A stretch of DNA of 63,051 bases, the filler included, from Globobulimina sp. (lineage: Eukaryota): the NCBI GenBank assembly GCA_003354225.1. It is 53 parts of 53 records of this genome, joined end to end, with 100 filler letters (N's around TTAATTAATTAA, not from the genome) between each part and the next. Parts side by side here need not be neighbours in the genome. Positions count along the whole stretch, not along the records: positions 36,950 to 38,040 come from PIVH01023766.1; positions 38,141 to 39,231 come from PIVH01023767.1; positions 39,332 to 40,422 come from PIVH01023768.1; positions 40,523 to 41,613 come from PIVH01023769.1; positions 41,714 to 42,804 come from PIVH01023770.1; positions 42,905 to 43,995 come from PIVH01023771.1; positions 44,096 to 45,186 come from PIVH01023772.1; positions 45,287 to 46,377 come from PIVH01023773.1; 45 more parts are not named here. One strand, 5' to 3'. This document shows, piece after piece, positions 36,950 through 49,728 of the stretch. Below the pieces are notes generated by a model that was given only the letters and a program-made list of their open reading frames with translations, did not search any database and was not told the DNA's origin. Each line of letters begins with the position of its first letter. Position 1 is the first letter of the stretch. A program made the translations under genes and the position numbers.

Positions 36950-38040
36950 CTAGTTACCGCTTCCACTTTGCGATCAACATATGCAAAGTTTAGATATGGA
37001 AACATTATACCCCATAAGTTTATCAATGATATAAAGAAGCAGTATTTATACATCTTCGATGTATAAATAACATTGTTTGCAGGTATTTTGTTCACTTCGA
37101 GTAGAGATCCATATTTTGTAGCTCCTTCTTTAGACTCGGTATACAACAAAAAATCACGATTGGTGTATTTGGTTTATGGACGTTGCCATTTGGCTTGCTT
37201 TTTTGATTGTTGTATTGTGTGTGTATTGTGTCAATCAGACAGGTTCTAAAAGGAAAGACTTCAATTCCTCGATTTGAGAAAGTTAGATTTATGGTTTGAA
37301 AAGTGATGCGATAAATAAAGGAAGAAAATGTCATTGGATTTTTATGGAAATATCATTGGATTTTTATGGTACATTATTGATTATTGAATTATGGGATGTA
37401 TTCGTTGTTGTTTTATGTGGTATTGATGGATATTTGGATTAAATATGCATTAAGGATATTTGCGCATTTTCTCACAACGAATTTGTGTTTCTATTTGGAA
37501 AGATTTGGGTTTGGTTGACCACAAAGGGAAAAGCTTTTATATATTGTTTGGGACAAGGTAGAAAGGAAAAGGAGAAAATATCAATCATATATTGGTGAAT
37601 ATGATATGGTATAATATGTGTGATAACTTATTTGCAAGGAGCTTTATTTAACATTTTTATATGCGCATAAATGCTGCATTTTTTTCACTACATCCTTGCA
37701 CTTTATAGCCAAGAAAACAACGTTTTAGAGCTTCATTGTTTTAAAATTGCTCTTTTATTGCCTGGATGTTGCTTTTCTTGTTACTTTGGTTTGCTACGAA
37801 TGGTCTGGTACTGTGCTTCCTGCCTGATTTGGGCTATAATCACCTTTGTTTAGGTTATTGTCCTATCCTCGGTGTTGCTCAGATTGTGATCTGGTTGTGT
37901 TGGTGCCCTATTTTATTTCTTTTTGATTTGTTGTTTTTATCTTTTGTTTCTTTTTTGGGTGCTTTGCTGTGAAGTGAGGTCTTTTTTCTTTCCCGGTTGA
38001 CCAATTTGGTTTGTCCGCAAGGACAGGAAAGAAAATTGTA
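36950..38040 (-). pseudogene. Decayed coding sequence, possibly DIRS/Ngaro gag-pol remnant
   Basis: Stop-riddled frames; CFLGYKVQGC..C..YAH finger-like remnant and KWQR..KYTNRDFLL..KEG..YG resembling a DIRS RT N-terminus. Confidence 0.3.
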
Positions 38041-38203
38041 NNNNNNNNNNNNNNNNNNNNNNNNNNNNNNNNNNNNNNNNNNNNTTAATTAATTAANNNN
38101 NNNNNNNNNNNNNNNNNNNNNNNNNNNNNNNNNNNNNNNNTCATCTCCTCTAAATTTCTTACTTGGACACAGTGCAAGTGAATCATTGTAGAATTATAAA
38201 TTA

Positions 38204-39231
38204 TTATAATAAAGCATGGAACATTTTGCATTGTTTGTTATGTCCATAACGCACCCAATGCATTTTTTGACAGTGCTTAGAACAGTACATTGCCATTTGG
38301 CATTGTTTACATTTATAAAATTTCACCTTCATCAATGTGCTTTTTGTGCCATTCAAATTTTCTTTCCAATGGGTACGATTACAACATGGAGATGAACATA
38401 ATTTATTCATTTGTTTTTTTGTTTTATCCATTTCTCATACACAGCATCAATTTGTTCCATTTTTCCAGAGGACATGGCTTCCATACAATCCCTGAACCAA
38501 ACCATTGGACCAAATTTAGTTGTTGTAAGTTGACGCAATATATCATCAAATGTACCATTTGCAATTGCTTGATTCAGAATTGACTTCGCTACATTCATCA
38601 CTGTTGCATAATTTGCATATGTATACATACTTTGAATTTGTGGATATAGTATAAATCGAACAATGTCCAATAATAAGTCTTGTTTAATTGTACACCATGG
38701 TTTGTTGACAAATTTTACAAATTTCTTTACAAATTTCTGAAATATAAATGCCCATTCAATCACATTGCACATCATGCCGCCATTCATATAGTTTGTTTTA
38801 AATCTTGCTCTGTCTAAACAATGTAAATCGGAACATCTTTCGAAGCATTTTTGTAGCAACGTAGTTTGAATTAAATGTAACATATTTCTATGTTTCAGAA
38901 TATATTTGAAATGTTGTTTGCTCCAATAAACAGAACTCAATGCATAATCAGATCCTAATCGGAATTCATCACAAATCAGATTAGTAAGCCGACCTCCTTC
39001 TTCTTGCTCAACTGGCGATATTATAGTTGTCATTAAACGCGATGTGCCATTCGGACCTTGTATAGATTGTTTTGTGTGGACACATAAATGTAAATTATTT
39101 TTAATATGATAAATGTCGATCATATTTATTAAATAATCAAAAAATAATGTATACAATGCTTGATTTCGTAAAATGTATTTGATAATATTTGATTGCTGCA
39201 GTAAGTAACGCATAAACAGCCAATGTGTATA
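38204..39231 (-). CDS. MYND zinc-finger protein, C-terminal part, with a -1 frame break at 38413-38419
   Basis: CSSPCC..CKQCQMAMYCSKHCQKMHW..HNKQC lies in the -1 frame relative to the long upstream ORF. Confidence 0.8.
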
Positions 39232-39331
39232 NNNNNNNNNNNNNNNNNNNNNNNNNNNNNNNNNNNNNNNNNNNNTTAATTAATTAANNNNNNNNNNNNN
39301 NNNNNNNNNNNNNNNNNNNNNNNNNNNNNNN

Positions 39332-39819
39332 TCTGAATTTGTACATTTTTTTGAAGAAATGAAGTTAAGCTCAGCCGAGGATGACAGTGAAACGCTCATA
39401 GATTATGGTATGTGCTGCTGTGTTGTGCGAGGATGAAAACATATTTATATGTAATGCAAACACATTAATTATGCAAATACACAGAGGAGTTTATGGATAT
39501 TCCATCCCCTTTGTATGCCAATGCGTCATTATCACCGACGAGCAAATCATGGCAAAAAAAAACAATGACTAGAATGAATTATAAGCGATGCAAAACCATA
39601 AAATGTATCACACCCATTTCGCAGGAACGGGCGGAATGGAATTTGAATAATTATGACATGCAACAGACTCGGAGGCGATCAGTGGCCAATATCACACCGT
39701 CTGTACATAAGCTATTCAAATTAGATGCTGATCTGTTAAAAATACGGGAAGAATATTTGAAACGGACTCAGACAAAGTGCGATTTCGATGATATTGATGA
39801 TATTAAAAGTTTAGTTTGA
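39332..39819 (+). CDS. Hypothetical protein, last exons (intron about 39409-39484)
   Basis: GTATGT..ACAG intron joins EFVHFFEEM..IDY to EFMDIPSPLY. Confidence 0.5.
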
Positions 39820-41005
39820 TTTTATTTTATGTTTTTTAATTTCTGTAAATATATAAATGCAATAAATGGAGAGGCGAATTCGGAGCAAAACGCAAAGGGA
39901 ATATCGATGAAATTAAAGAAGATGAAACTGCAGAAATAAGAGATAAGGACCTGCCTGAAAATGAAAATAAAAAAGAAAGTAATTGTAGTCATATATCCAT
40001 TTTCATGATTGGCATATTGATCACATTGGGTATAATCTATTATTTATGTAAAAAAAAAAAGTAATAATTTCACATTTAAATATTCAAATTTAATCTCCAT
40101 TTTCATATAAAATGATGGTGGGATTTAAGTATTATTTTTCTCTTTTTCTGTTAATTTTTATTATTTAAAATTAAATTGACTCGATTTACAGTATTTGGTT
40201 TGTACATTTTTTTACTGTTTATTAATTATTTATTTTTTTTAGTTTTATAACTCCAAATGTGTATTAAATACATCATTGTTTTTGTGAACTTTTTGTGATT
40301 CTTTTTTTCTATTATTTATATTTATAAAAATTTAATTTATGATAAATTATAAATTATAAGAACCAACACTCCGACTCTGATTCTTTTTTTTTTTTGTTTT
40401 TGTTTTTGTTTTTGTTTGACGCNNNNNNNNNNNNNNNNNNNNNNNNNNNNNNNNNNNNNNNNNNNNTTAATTAATTAANNNNNNNNNNNNNNNNNNNNNN
40501 NNNNNNNNNNNNNNNNNNNNNNCATAAATAGCGATCAAAGTAAAAGTTATGATATCGATCAAGAGTTACAAAAGTTATGTACAGTATGTGTTTTTGTGTG
40601 TTTTTGTGTGTGAGGCGTTTCTGTAAAATTTAAGATAGATTTAAAAAGAGGGAGTCGTTGGAGTTTGAGAGAAAACAGGAAAAGTCGATAAAGACAGAGA
40701 AAGCACACAAACGTAGTACATCAAAATCGAAATCGAAAGAAAATGAGGAGGAGCCAGTTGCAGTCCATCTATCATTGGCAAACGACTCAATGGCTTATTT
40801 GACAAAAACAAGTTTATACTCAATCTCAAGTGTTGATAAAACCATTGACCATCCTCAATAGAAATGTAATTAAAATGTTTTGTTATTTTGTTATTAACTA
40901 ATAAGGGTCCAGTAGCAGGATTTTGAAAACAATTCGTTAAATTAAAACCGCTACTCGAAAACATCCAAATTCGTGACTGTAACAAAAGTTTACTTGTTTA
41001 TTTTC

Positions 41006-41613
41006 TCATTTTTTTCGAATATGGCCGCGACTATTTCTCGCCCTCACTATGTCACCATATTTTGCTCTGCTATTCAGATTTTGATGTTTGTACATTTCAC
41101 AATTGCATTTTTTGACGCATTCTATCTGTTTTTCCAATAAATCAATATAAGCACTTTGCTGCTTTCCATTCTCTGCTATTCTCATATTTGACAACAATCT
41201 CAAACCTTTTTCAAGTTGCTTTTGTAATGACAATTCCAGTGATTTTATTCCTAAAATTTTCTCTTCTCCATCAACATTTTCCTCCTCATTCTCATTCGCC
41301 TTCTCCTTCTCGTGCTCATTGTCATTGTCATTGTCATTGCCATTGTCATCCTCCATCATTTGTGAATATTTTCGTTTTCTATTTACATTTACATCACATT
41401 CCATATCCATTGATTCCATTTTTACAATGTTGTGTTGTGTATAATTAGCATTGTTAACATTTCTCAAATTCTCAATCTTAACATTTGTTATTTGACATCC
41501 AATCGCAACCTCACATAAATTATTGTCATTATTATAATTAACTCTTCCTTCATTTTTCAACCTCAATAAACATACATTTATGTCACCGAGACCCCGATCA
41601 AGCGCAGTTTTAA
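41006..41613 (-). CDS. Hypothetical protein, C-terminal part, acidic/Asn-rich
   Basis: Long open frame with DNDNDN/E-rich tract and coiled-coil-like end. Confidence 0.5.
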
Positions 41614-41713
41614 NNNNNNNNNNNNNNNNNNNNNNNNNNNNNNNNNNNNNNNNNNNNTTAATTAATTAANNNNNNNNNNNNNNNNNNNNNNNNNNNNNNN
41701 NNNNNNNNNNNNN

Positions 41714-42804
41714 TTGTCTGCACTGGGAATGTATAAGCACATGATTTCATATTATTTGGTTGCATTCGTTTTTCGTTAAATAAGTCAGTTTTAATAATAT
41801 GCACTTGATCCATGTTAAAAACAATTCTTTCAGCAGCTCCTGTACCGAATCCATGAGGGGCATATATTGAATCATATCCCATTTGTTGTAAGATTTCGAA
41901 AGTATATTTGCCGGCTGATGCATTCTTGACAATATATGCTTTACCAATGAATACTTTTGCTGTTATCAACACCCCACATACTTTTGCATATACTGTCGAT
42001 TTATACTCTGCGTCTTTAATTCGTTCAGCAAAATATATCCCACCATATCTGCCACGCTGCATTTTATTTTGTTTTACTATTAGTTTTGCACGCAATTTAT
42101 CTGTTACATGATACAGAATCATTATTTTCTCTCCAAATACCTTACGTTTGTCCGTAGCTTTTGGTCCCAGCCAATGGGTTATACCATCCTTTCTTGATTT
42201 GGGTACCCTTCGGATTCTACGCACACAACTTGTTGTTTCATTTTGTTGTGTCAAATTATTAAAGTCAATGCAATACAGCTGTCCGTTGAGTTGATTATGA
42301 TATTTATATTCATTCTGTTTTTGGGTAAAATATATTTCCATTTGAGCTGATATTTTCATGTCATAATCAATAAATGTATCGGCGTGGGTTTCCCATTGCC
42401 ATTTATTCGCTGTGTTTGGCTCTTGATATTCTTGAATGGTTTGCCACATAACGCCGTCATTTGATCCTTGTAATCTCAAACATTTGAACGTATCAAACAA
42501 TGTGAAATGCGATAGCTTGATTTTAACATTTTTTAAGTTTATTATGTTAAATGAATATTCATTTTTATTTGAAACTGCAGTCATTTCTATCATATCAATA
42601 GTGCATGGATGAGAATAGGTTCTTATCCCACCAATTGTGCCTAAAAAATACAACAATCCATTTGAATCAAAGTCTGACTGATAAACAAATCTTCTTTCTT
42701 TTTTACTGCATTCAGTTTCAGATATTTCTGTTATTTCATATTTCTGCTCCTCTTTATAATTAGCTTTGTCATCAATGTTCTTTTTATGTTTTGCCGATGC
42801 ATCG
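41714..42804 (-). CDS. Discoidin/HECTD1-like beta-sandwich plus WWE plus PARP-like ADP-ribosyltransferase protein, partial
   Basis: YQSDFDSNGLLYFLGT and LQGSNDG..W; WQWE..YCIDFNNLTQQN..RRIRR; LYHVT, GIYFA, GYDSI, ERIVF. Confidence 0.8.
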
Positions 42805-42904
42805 NNNNNNNNNNNNNNNNNNNNNNNNNNNNNNNNNNNNNNNNNNNNTTAATTAATTAANNNNNNNNNNNNNNNNNNNNNNNNNNNNNNNNNNNNNNNN
42901 NNNN

Positions 42905-43140
42905 TGAATATCCCAGTAATTGAGCAAATTATGCAGTTCTAAAAGTGGTGCACATTGGCATGCTCGTTCTTGGCTTATTGATGCATCCCATTCTATGAAA
43001 TACGATTCATCTTCGTCTGTTTCTGTGCAACACTTTGCAAATGCTAGGTTTTCCTCCTGTTCTTTGTCACATTTGAGCCTCTTTGTTAATGTGATATTGA
43101 TTAAACATAAGAGAGGAACAGTCCATTTCAATAGCTTCAT
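42905..43140 (-). CDS. Secreted Cys-containing protein, N-terminus
   Basis: Signal peptide MKLLKWTVPLLCLINITLT. Confidence 0.5.
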
Positions 43141-44095
43141 GTTAGGGACTATGATTAAGTGAAAACTTTATACAGCGATGGTTTTATTTTTGCGAGGAAA
43201 AAGTGATCGAAATAAGTGCTGAATGCAGCTGCAGCAATCACATGACGTTTTGTGCATTTGTTAGAAAGATTTTACATATTTGAAATATTGTTGGAAATTC
43301 ACATTAATGTCTACTGTACGTCTATAGAATTCAGTCACCATCCATACAATGAATGTACAATATGACGTAAAGCATTCCATTTACCACAGCAATTAATTCA
43401 ACAATGATAAAATTGTCCTCATATTAATTGCGTTGTGCCATAATAGTTAATGCCTCCAAATCCAATGTTGATAGATATAAAAGTGACTGCAGCACCAAAG
43501 TAATGCAAACCTGTGGATAATTTACTGTGTAAATCCAATTCAAATCCTGTGATTATAGAGCTGCCAATTAAAATTTAATGGATTAATTTACCTAAAAATA
43601 AGGTATCTGAACAACTTTTCTGAAAACAACAATTGAATGTAAATGTTGCATTGTTAGTACAACGTCAAGAGATTGTATGACCCATAGACATTGTACCAAT
43701 GCCATGCAATATGCAATGTTCTGATAAGGAGTGCGCTCTTAACATCTCTCATTTGTAAAGCATCAAAGTGTGAATGGACCTCTTCTTAATTGTGTGCTTT
43801 TTTTGTGAAGTTCAATATCATTATAGGAAGCATCTGTTGTTTTTATGGCTTGTCTGGAAACAGAGCCTCCAGATGCAGTATTTCTTAGTTGCACAGCTTC
43901 TGAGGTAGCCATTACTGAGCCAGTTGAGTAAACGATAAAATACAATTTGTTCTGACTTTGTTCTGCATTTGCAAACCCAGAAAATGTATAAAAAGNNNNN
44001 NNNNNNNNNNNNNNNNNNNNNNNNNNNNNNNNNNNNNNNTTAATTAATTAANNNNNNNNNNNNNNNNNNNNNNNNNNNNNNNNNNNNNNNNNNNN

Positions 44096-44326
44096 TTTTG
44101 CTATAAGAAATACTTCCGTCAGATGATTTTTATTGATGTAAGATTTGATCTGTTCAAGATCCTGGGTATGGTTGACACTCATTTCATGTAATAACAAACC
44201 AGGTTCTCTTTGATCATGCTGAAAAAAGAGACTGAATCCGCTTAATTCTTCAAAAATCTTAGCAATTTGTGATTTCATTTCCGGATTTTCTATATCAAGT
44301 TTAACGAGCGTCGTTTCAATTGGCAT
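44096..44326 (-). CDS. cpaE: Bacterial Flp pilus assembly CpaE/TadZ-like protein, N-terminal receiver-like part
   Basis: Directly downstream of the TadG-like gene; degenerate receiver pattern PGLLLHEM..EVFLIA. Confidence 0.5.
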
Positions 44327-44351
44327 AATTTACACTCACTAATAAAAAGGA

Positions 44352-45186
44352 TTATTGAACTAAATTTGGGATGCTTCCTAAAAGATTTCCATATGATCCA
44401 CCACCGCCACGTCCATCACCGATAACTACTTTATCACAGTCTATAAATACAATAATTTCATTATCTGGCGGGCCTCTCCACCCTTGAATTTCAATAATTG
44501 CATAACCTAGTATTTCTGTAAGACCGGATGGATTTGAACAGTCAGGGTAGGGTAAATCATTGTATACAGGAACTTTTGCCGTCCATATACTATCATCTCC
44601 ATCGCCGTCACGAAATCTAAAATAATCGAAAAGAGCTGGGAATGGGGCTACCTGACCACCAGCTGTAACGGCTGGTGGGGCCAAATCCCAATCAATGTAT
44701 ATTCCATTTAAAAATGGTCCTACGCCGCCGGTGAAATCAAAATCATCCCCAATATCGGATCCAGGAGTTCCAAGAGCGGTTCCAGAAATGCCAAACCAAC
44801 TGTTTAACCAAGCCACTCCAGCCATCCCATCATTACCAACAGTAGCATCACCGCTAATTATATCATAGGCTTTGTTTCGGAGAGCATTAGAATTGTGGGG
44901 ATCAAGCCAATTATGCCATCCGGCGCAACTGTCCGGTGTGTCTTTATATGTTATTAGTTTGCCACAGTTCTGATCTTGTTCGAAATTGTTCTTTGAAACG
45001 CCAAAAGGAGTAATCAGCTCACCATCATCCATAGAGGAAGGTCCTGAGAGTGCAGCTGTTGCAACCGCAGTGACTTGAAAAGTATCGGCCCCAAAAAATT
45101 TTGCAAAAAATGTTGTTACCGCACCATTCAATGTAGAATCTCTTCTAGCAATTACTCTAACTGCATTTGGCTGTGCGGGGTCATTT
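44352..45186 (-). CDS. tadG: Bacterial TadG-like Flp pilus assembly protein, C-terminal part
   Basis: NAVRVIARRD..NGAVTTFFAKFFG..VTAVATAA..PFGVS; ends GGGG..PNLVQ. Confidence 0.75.
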
Positions 45187-45286
45187 NNNNNNNNNNNNNN
45201 NNNNNNNNNNNNNNNNNNNNNNNNNNNNNNTTAATTAATTAANNNNNNNNNNNNNNNNNNNNNNNNNNNNNNNNNNNNNNNNNNNN

Positions 45287-45338
45287 TGATATGCCGTATA
45301 TAACCAGTTACCAGTAATTCCGTCCTAAAGTCTGCCAT
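45287..45338 (-). CDS. Start of a tandem paralog of the upstream gene
   Basis: MADFRTELLVTGYIRHI vs RIELLVHGYIRIY. Confidence 0.6.
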
Positions 45339-45581
45339 AAATGCTGTAACAAAAGAGTTTGAAAAGAGGAAAAAGTGTAAAACAAAGTTTTGTGGATACT
45401 ACGCTCTTTTTTTATATGGACTTTGCTGATTAGAGCGCAACGGACAATACAATATCCAGTTAAATACTATGTTTAACTACAAAAAATGCATTCTGCATAT
45501 TATTAAATAATTTAAAAGTAAAAAAAAATAACGTGTCGGCAAATTATATAAAGGTCTCTTGGATATGTCGATCACACAATT

Positions 45582-46230
45582 TCATTCTAAAAGTTGAACT
45601 GCAGCCACTGTCTCAGTAAACCCAACAAAAAGGTTATAAATTTGATTATTATCGATGGGGATATACTCAAATTCACTTTTTAACTCATTATCATTGATTC
45701 CAAATGATAATTCACCATAATATTCATTCTTCACAACAACAGTTTTATACTCCATTCTTATAATATCGTTGTTATTTACATTTAAATCTTTTCCGTAACA
45801 ATTTCCATTCTTCCTACATTCATCAATACCAACATAACACGGTCGGGAGGTTCTGTTATGGACATCCAGTGGATCGATGTAAACGCTTTTGTTTTTGTAC
45901 AGTAATATCCATGTTTTCTTTTTGATTGCTTTAGAAATATTCATTTCACCAAACGCTTGATAAAAAATATTAAATCTTTGACCACCGGGTACAATCGGAG
46001 ATGGTATGGATTTGCCAGGAAGCACAGCTCGAGCACCAACAGTGTTTGATATGGTATCGATTTTACATAATTTTGTGTCACATTTGTCAATATCCCAATA
46101 ATCTCTTCTTAATGAATACATTTCTAAACATACATTCACGATATCATTTAGTTGCACATTACAATATATTCGAATGTATCCATGAACCAACAACTCAATG
46201 CGTTCCGATATAAACTGTACTTGTTTAATG
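45582..46230 (-). CDS. Lineage-expanded LLVxGYIR protein with SPRY/B30.2-like beta domain, 5' end truncated by chimera
   Basis: LLVHGYIR..DIVNVCLEMY..DYWD; NDIIRME..ELSFGIND..YNLFV. Confidence 0.55.
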
Positions 46231-46232
46231 GA

Positions 46233-46377
46233 CAGGGAGGTCCTGGATTAGAAGATCCACAGGAGGAGGAGGAGCAGGATCACCACCACATGCGCGGCGA
46301 GGATGAGCGGCCGGTGGCAGTGATAGAACTCGTTCATCTTCTGCAGCCGGCTCAGGCCCCCGCAGAAGTTCCGGAAC
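46233..46377 (-). other. GC-rich foreign gene end (..LILAAHVVVILLLLLLWIF*), chimeric
   Basis: Abrupt GC switch at the contig end. Confidence 0.55.
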
Positions 46378-47668
46378 NNNNNNNNNNNNNNNNNNNNNNN
46401 NNNNNNNNNNNNNNNNNNNNNTTAATTAATTAANNNNNNNNNNNNNNNNNNNNNNNNNNNNNNNNNNNNNNNNNNNNTGTAGCAGCCAGATACCTGGCGC
46501 TTGCTTGTATTGGTTATTGCCAAGCCAATTTGGCCAGCCAAACCACAAGCGACGGGGCAGCGATGTTCAAATTGCCCATCTATTTAGTCTTTAAAAATGA
46601 TAACGGTACCCATATACTATTTTTTAGCAACCTTAAACCGTGATGTAGAGCAGAGCAAAGTAGCATTCACTAGAAATCGTTCATCTTAAAAACAGACTTG
46701 TCAACCGCAGTCATATTGCTTAAATTGCGCCGCCCTTAAGCAATATCTTGATAATGCAAGAGATTCTGGTGCGGTATCGAAATAGTAAAGTATATGTCGG
46801 ACACAATACAACATATTTATAATATACTTTATAATAGAAAAGTAAGTTTCGTTACCTTTGCAGTGTTATAATAATCACCTAACATATTATCAATATTTAT
46901 CTATTAGCATTTTGGTGTCGTGTACAGTGATTTCTTTTTGCATTAGAACAAAAACCTTTTTAAAACTGCTTTTCAATAGAAACTTTAATATTCATACTTT
47001 TATTATAATAGTTTCCAATAAATGCAGAATTTAAAATATTATAATAATTTTTCCGTTTCTGTGTTTAAGCGCGTTCCGGTTCCATCCATATTAAAGCAAG
47101 CGACATGCGGCGTGCTTTCAGAAATATCGTGCGCCGTGCTGTGTGACGCCAAAAATGACGACGACGACGACAACATTTCACACCGTTGTATCGTACATTG
47201 GACTTTGTGAACCACTCTTTGAGCCGTGCGTCTTGACGCACGGCTAAAACACTTTTTGTAAAAACATGATCGATTTTGTAATATCGTCAGATTCCGATGT
47301 TTACTTAGCAACCTTCCTCTTTCTAACACAACAAGCAGAACTCTGCTGATGGCCCTTTTTGGGCAAGAGTTAGGGGCTTGAAGTTTGAAGTTGTCGGGTC
47401 TACCTGAGACATCTGAGACATTTTACAGTATTGACCCAAATTGTAGTGTCATTGTCAGGCAGTAATAAAACCATAAACATTATTGGCCGACGAAAAGAAA
47501 TATTAAATTATTTTTAGTTGATAAGTGATATAGCTATTGTGGGAGGACTATAAAGAAATAGAGTAACGNNNNNNNNNNNNNNNNNNNNNNNNNNNNNNNN
47601 NNNNNNNNNNNNTTAATTAATTAANNNNNNNNNNNNNNNNNNNNNNNNNNNNNNNNNNNNNNNNNNNN

Positions 47669-48417
47669 ATTAAATTCAATGAACATATTAAATGAACACA
47701 TAATAAAACCACAGCTAAAATGTCAAATATCATTGATTTTCCCATTGTTTTATCCTGAAACGAATTGTAATAATAATAATAAAAAAAATCATTTTGCCAA
47801 CATCCGTCACCGTTTTTTTTAAACCAATGTATTATTGCAATGAATAAAGTCATCGTCGGAATGAGTGATTGGAAACATATCATAAATGAAAAAATATAAA
47901 TTTTATGTGTTTTTCTTGGTTTATAATTCCGTTTATGTATACAACACAATATCACACCGCAGACAAATGATGAAATAGACAATGATATCAACGCTGTCAT
48001 ATTACAATAAAACCATACTTTGCCGGTTCGTCTCGGATTAACTAAATAACTGCAATACTCTGCATTGGCATCAATGGCATGAAAATTATCAATACAGTCA
48101 CTATGTGCTGTCAACCATTTACCTGATGAAATAACATCATAATTAGCATCCGTGCAATCAGGCAATCCGTAGAAAGTATCATCAGTGCAATCTGTATAAA
48201 ATTCATTCCAACCGCATGTAAAATAATGAGATACAGTGTCGTCACGGAGGTAATGAATGCTTAATTCATTGATCCCAACAGCAATGAAAATTGACAATGA
48301 TACTAATATTGAAAATATAAAATTGAACGCAACGCATCGACGGTTAGTGAGTGCTGTTACTGCTGTATGTATTTTTACTTTTGATTTTGGTTGAAATGCA
48401 CCTTCAGCGTCCGCCAT
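47669..48417 (-). CDS. Tetraspan membrane protein (claudin/PMP22-like topology)
   Basis: Four TM helices, large Cys-containing first loop with CGW..C. Confidence 0.55.
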
Positions 48418-48879
48418 TCCTTACAAACGCTTGTTTGTAATAACTAGTGTACATATATGATCCATGGACCTCTCAAAGGGTTCCTAAAAAACAAATGTTT
48501 TGACTTTTGACTGGATCGCTACAGAGAGCTAGCGCTGATTTCATCTCATTTCATGAAACTAAATGAAAGATTATAATAAAACAAGCAGCAATTATTAGAT
48601 TAATTATTACAAATCGTGTTGCTTTATTCTGTTTAAATTGATTAAAAAACATGTTTGGATAAATTATTGTTGATGTAAATTGAGAAAAACAGGATGAAAA
48701 TGACAGAATAAAGATATCACAGTGTTTGAATAAAATGTTATTTTGTGCAAAAGCATACCNNNNNNNNNNNNNNNNNNNNNNNNNNNNNNNNNNNNNNNNN
48801 NNNTTAATTAATTAANNNNNNNNNNNNNNNNNNNNNNNNNNNNNNNNNNNNNNNNNNNNAATCTAAATATATAATACAG

Positions 48880-49670
48880 GCCGATTTATGTCGTAATTAT
48901 GGTTGTCATTACCGGGCCTCCTCAATAAATGGTCGTCAGTTATTTTCAGATCAATGCAATGTGGTGAATGGAGTGGACGGTATTGGCGGCAATGACCAAT
49001 TTTTGATGTGGCTGCGAGTTTGCAATCAAATCTGCCGCAAAACACACTCCTTATCAGAGAAATGGATCTATGCCGCTTTGTGTGGCAATGTGGATGAATT
49101 ATTGACGTATGTCATCAACGACAGTAATGATGGGAATTGGTATGATTTATTGTGGGTATTGGCCATTTGTAAAAAGGTGTATGTCCAACACCAGATGTTA
49201 AGCAATGAGCTGCCATCCTATTATCACAACGATATGAAACATCAGCAATTGAATGATAATAAGCACATATTCGGCACATTGAATATTATAAATTGTAAAT
49301 GGGAAACGCAATTAATTGATTTTAACACAATGTTTAATTGGATTGAACAGACCAATCATGCCTTTATCACAAAGGAAGTGAACCAAAATCAAAATGAAAA
49401 GGAAAACAAAGCACAAATGAGTGATAAAACTAATTTAATTTCAAAGTTATTTGGATTTGCAAAGGAAGATTGCAGCGAAGATATAGAGGATGGCACAGAT
49501 GACGGTGACAGCGATTATTTTAGCTCCGAATATAACTATCAATATTATAAGATTTGTAAATTTATAATTTGCGAACAATACGACGATCTGTTGCAGAGTT
49601 GTTGGGATTTTATAAACAATGAACGTTTGCGGAAGATAAAGAATGGCATCACTTTGGATTTCATGGTTCA
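48880..49670 (+). CDS. NUP107: Nucleoporin Nup107/Nup84, internal exon
   Basis: ADLCRNYGCHYRASSING..GN..MWLRVC..EKWIYAALCGNVDELL..WYDLLW; LDFMVH at the breakpoint. Confidence 0.8.
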
Positions 49671-49728
49671 CTCTCCACACTTTAAATTTGCGTTCATTAA
49701 TTATAAACCTGCTCTACTTCCCCGAAAA

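Noticed and set aside
37735..38040. Alternative genetic code (TAA=Gln), suggested by four in-frame TAA in a Q-rich frame ending in TGA
   Set aside because: Many well-identified genes here (CDC6, cyclin, kinase, ACBP) end at TAA, and the rest of this contig has breaks in all frames, consistent with decay
43250..43995. Coding gene on the minus strand
   Set aside because: Multiple stops in all frames; at most a decayed membrane-protein gene I cannot identify
46713..46746. 11-bp inverted repeat as a Helitron 3' hairpin
   Set aside because: No CTRR terminus at the expected distance on either strand
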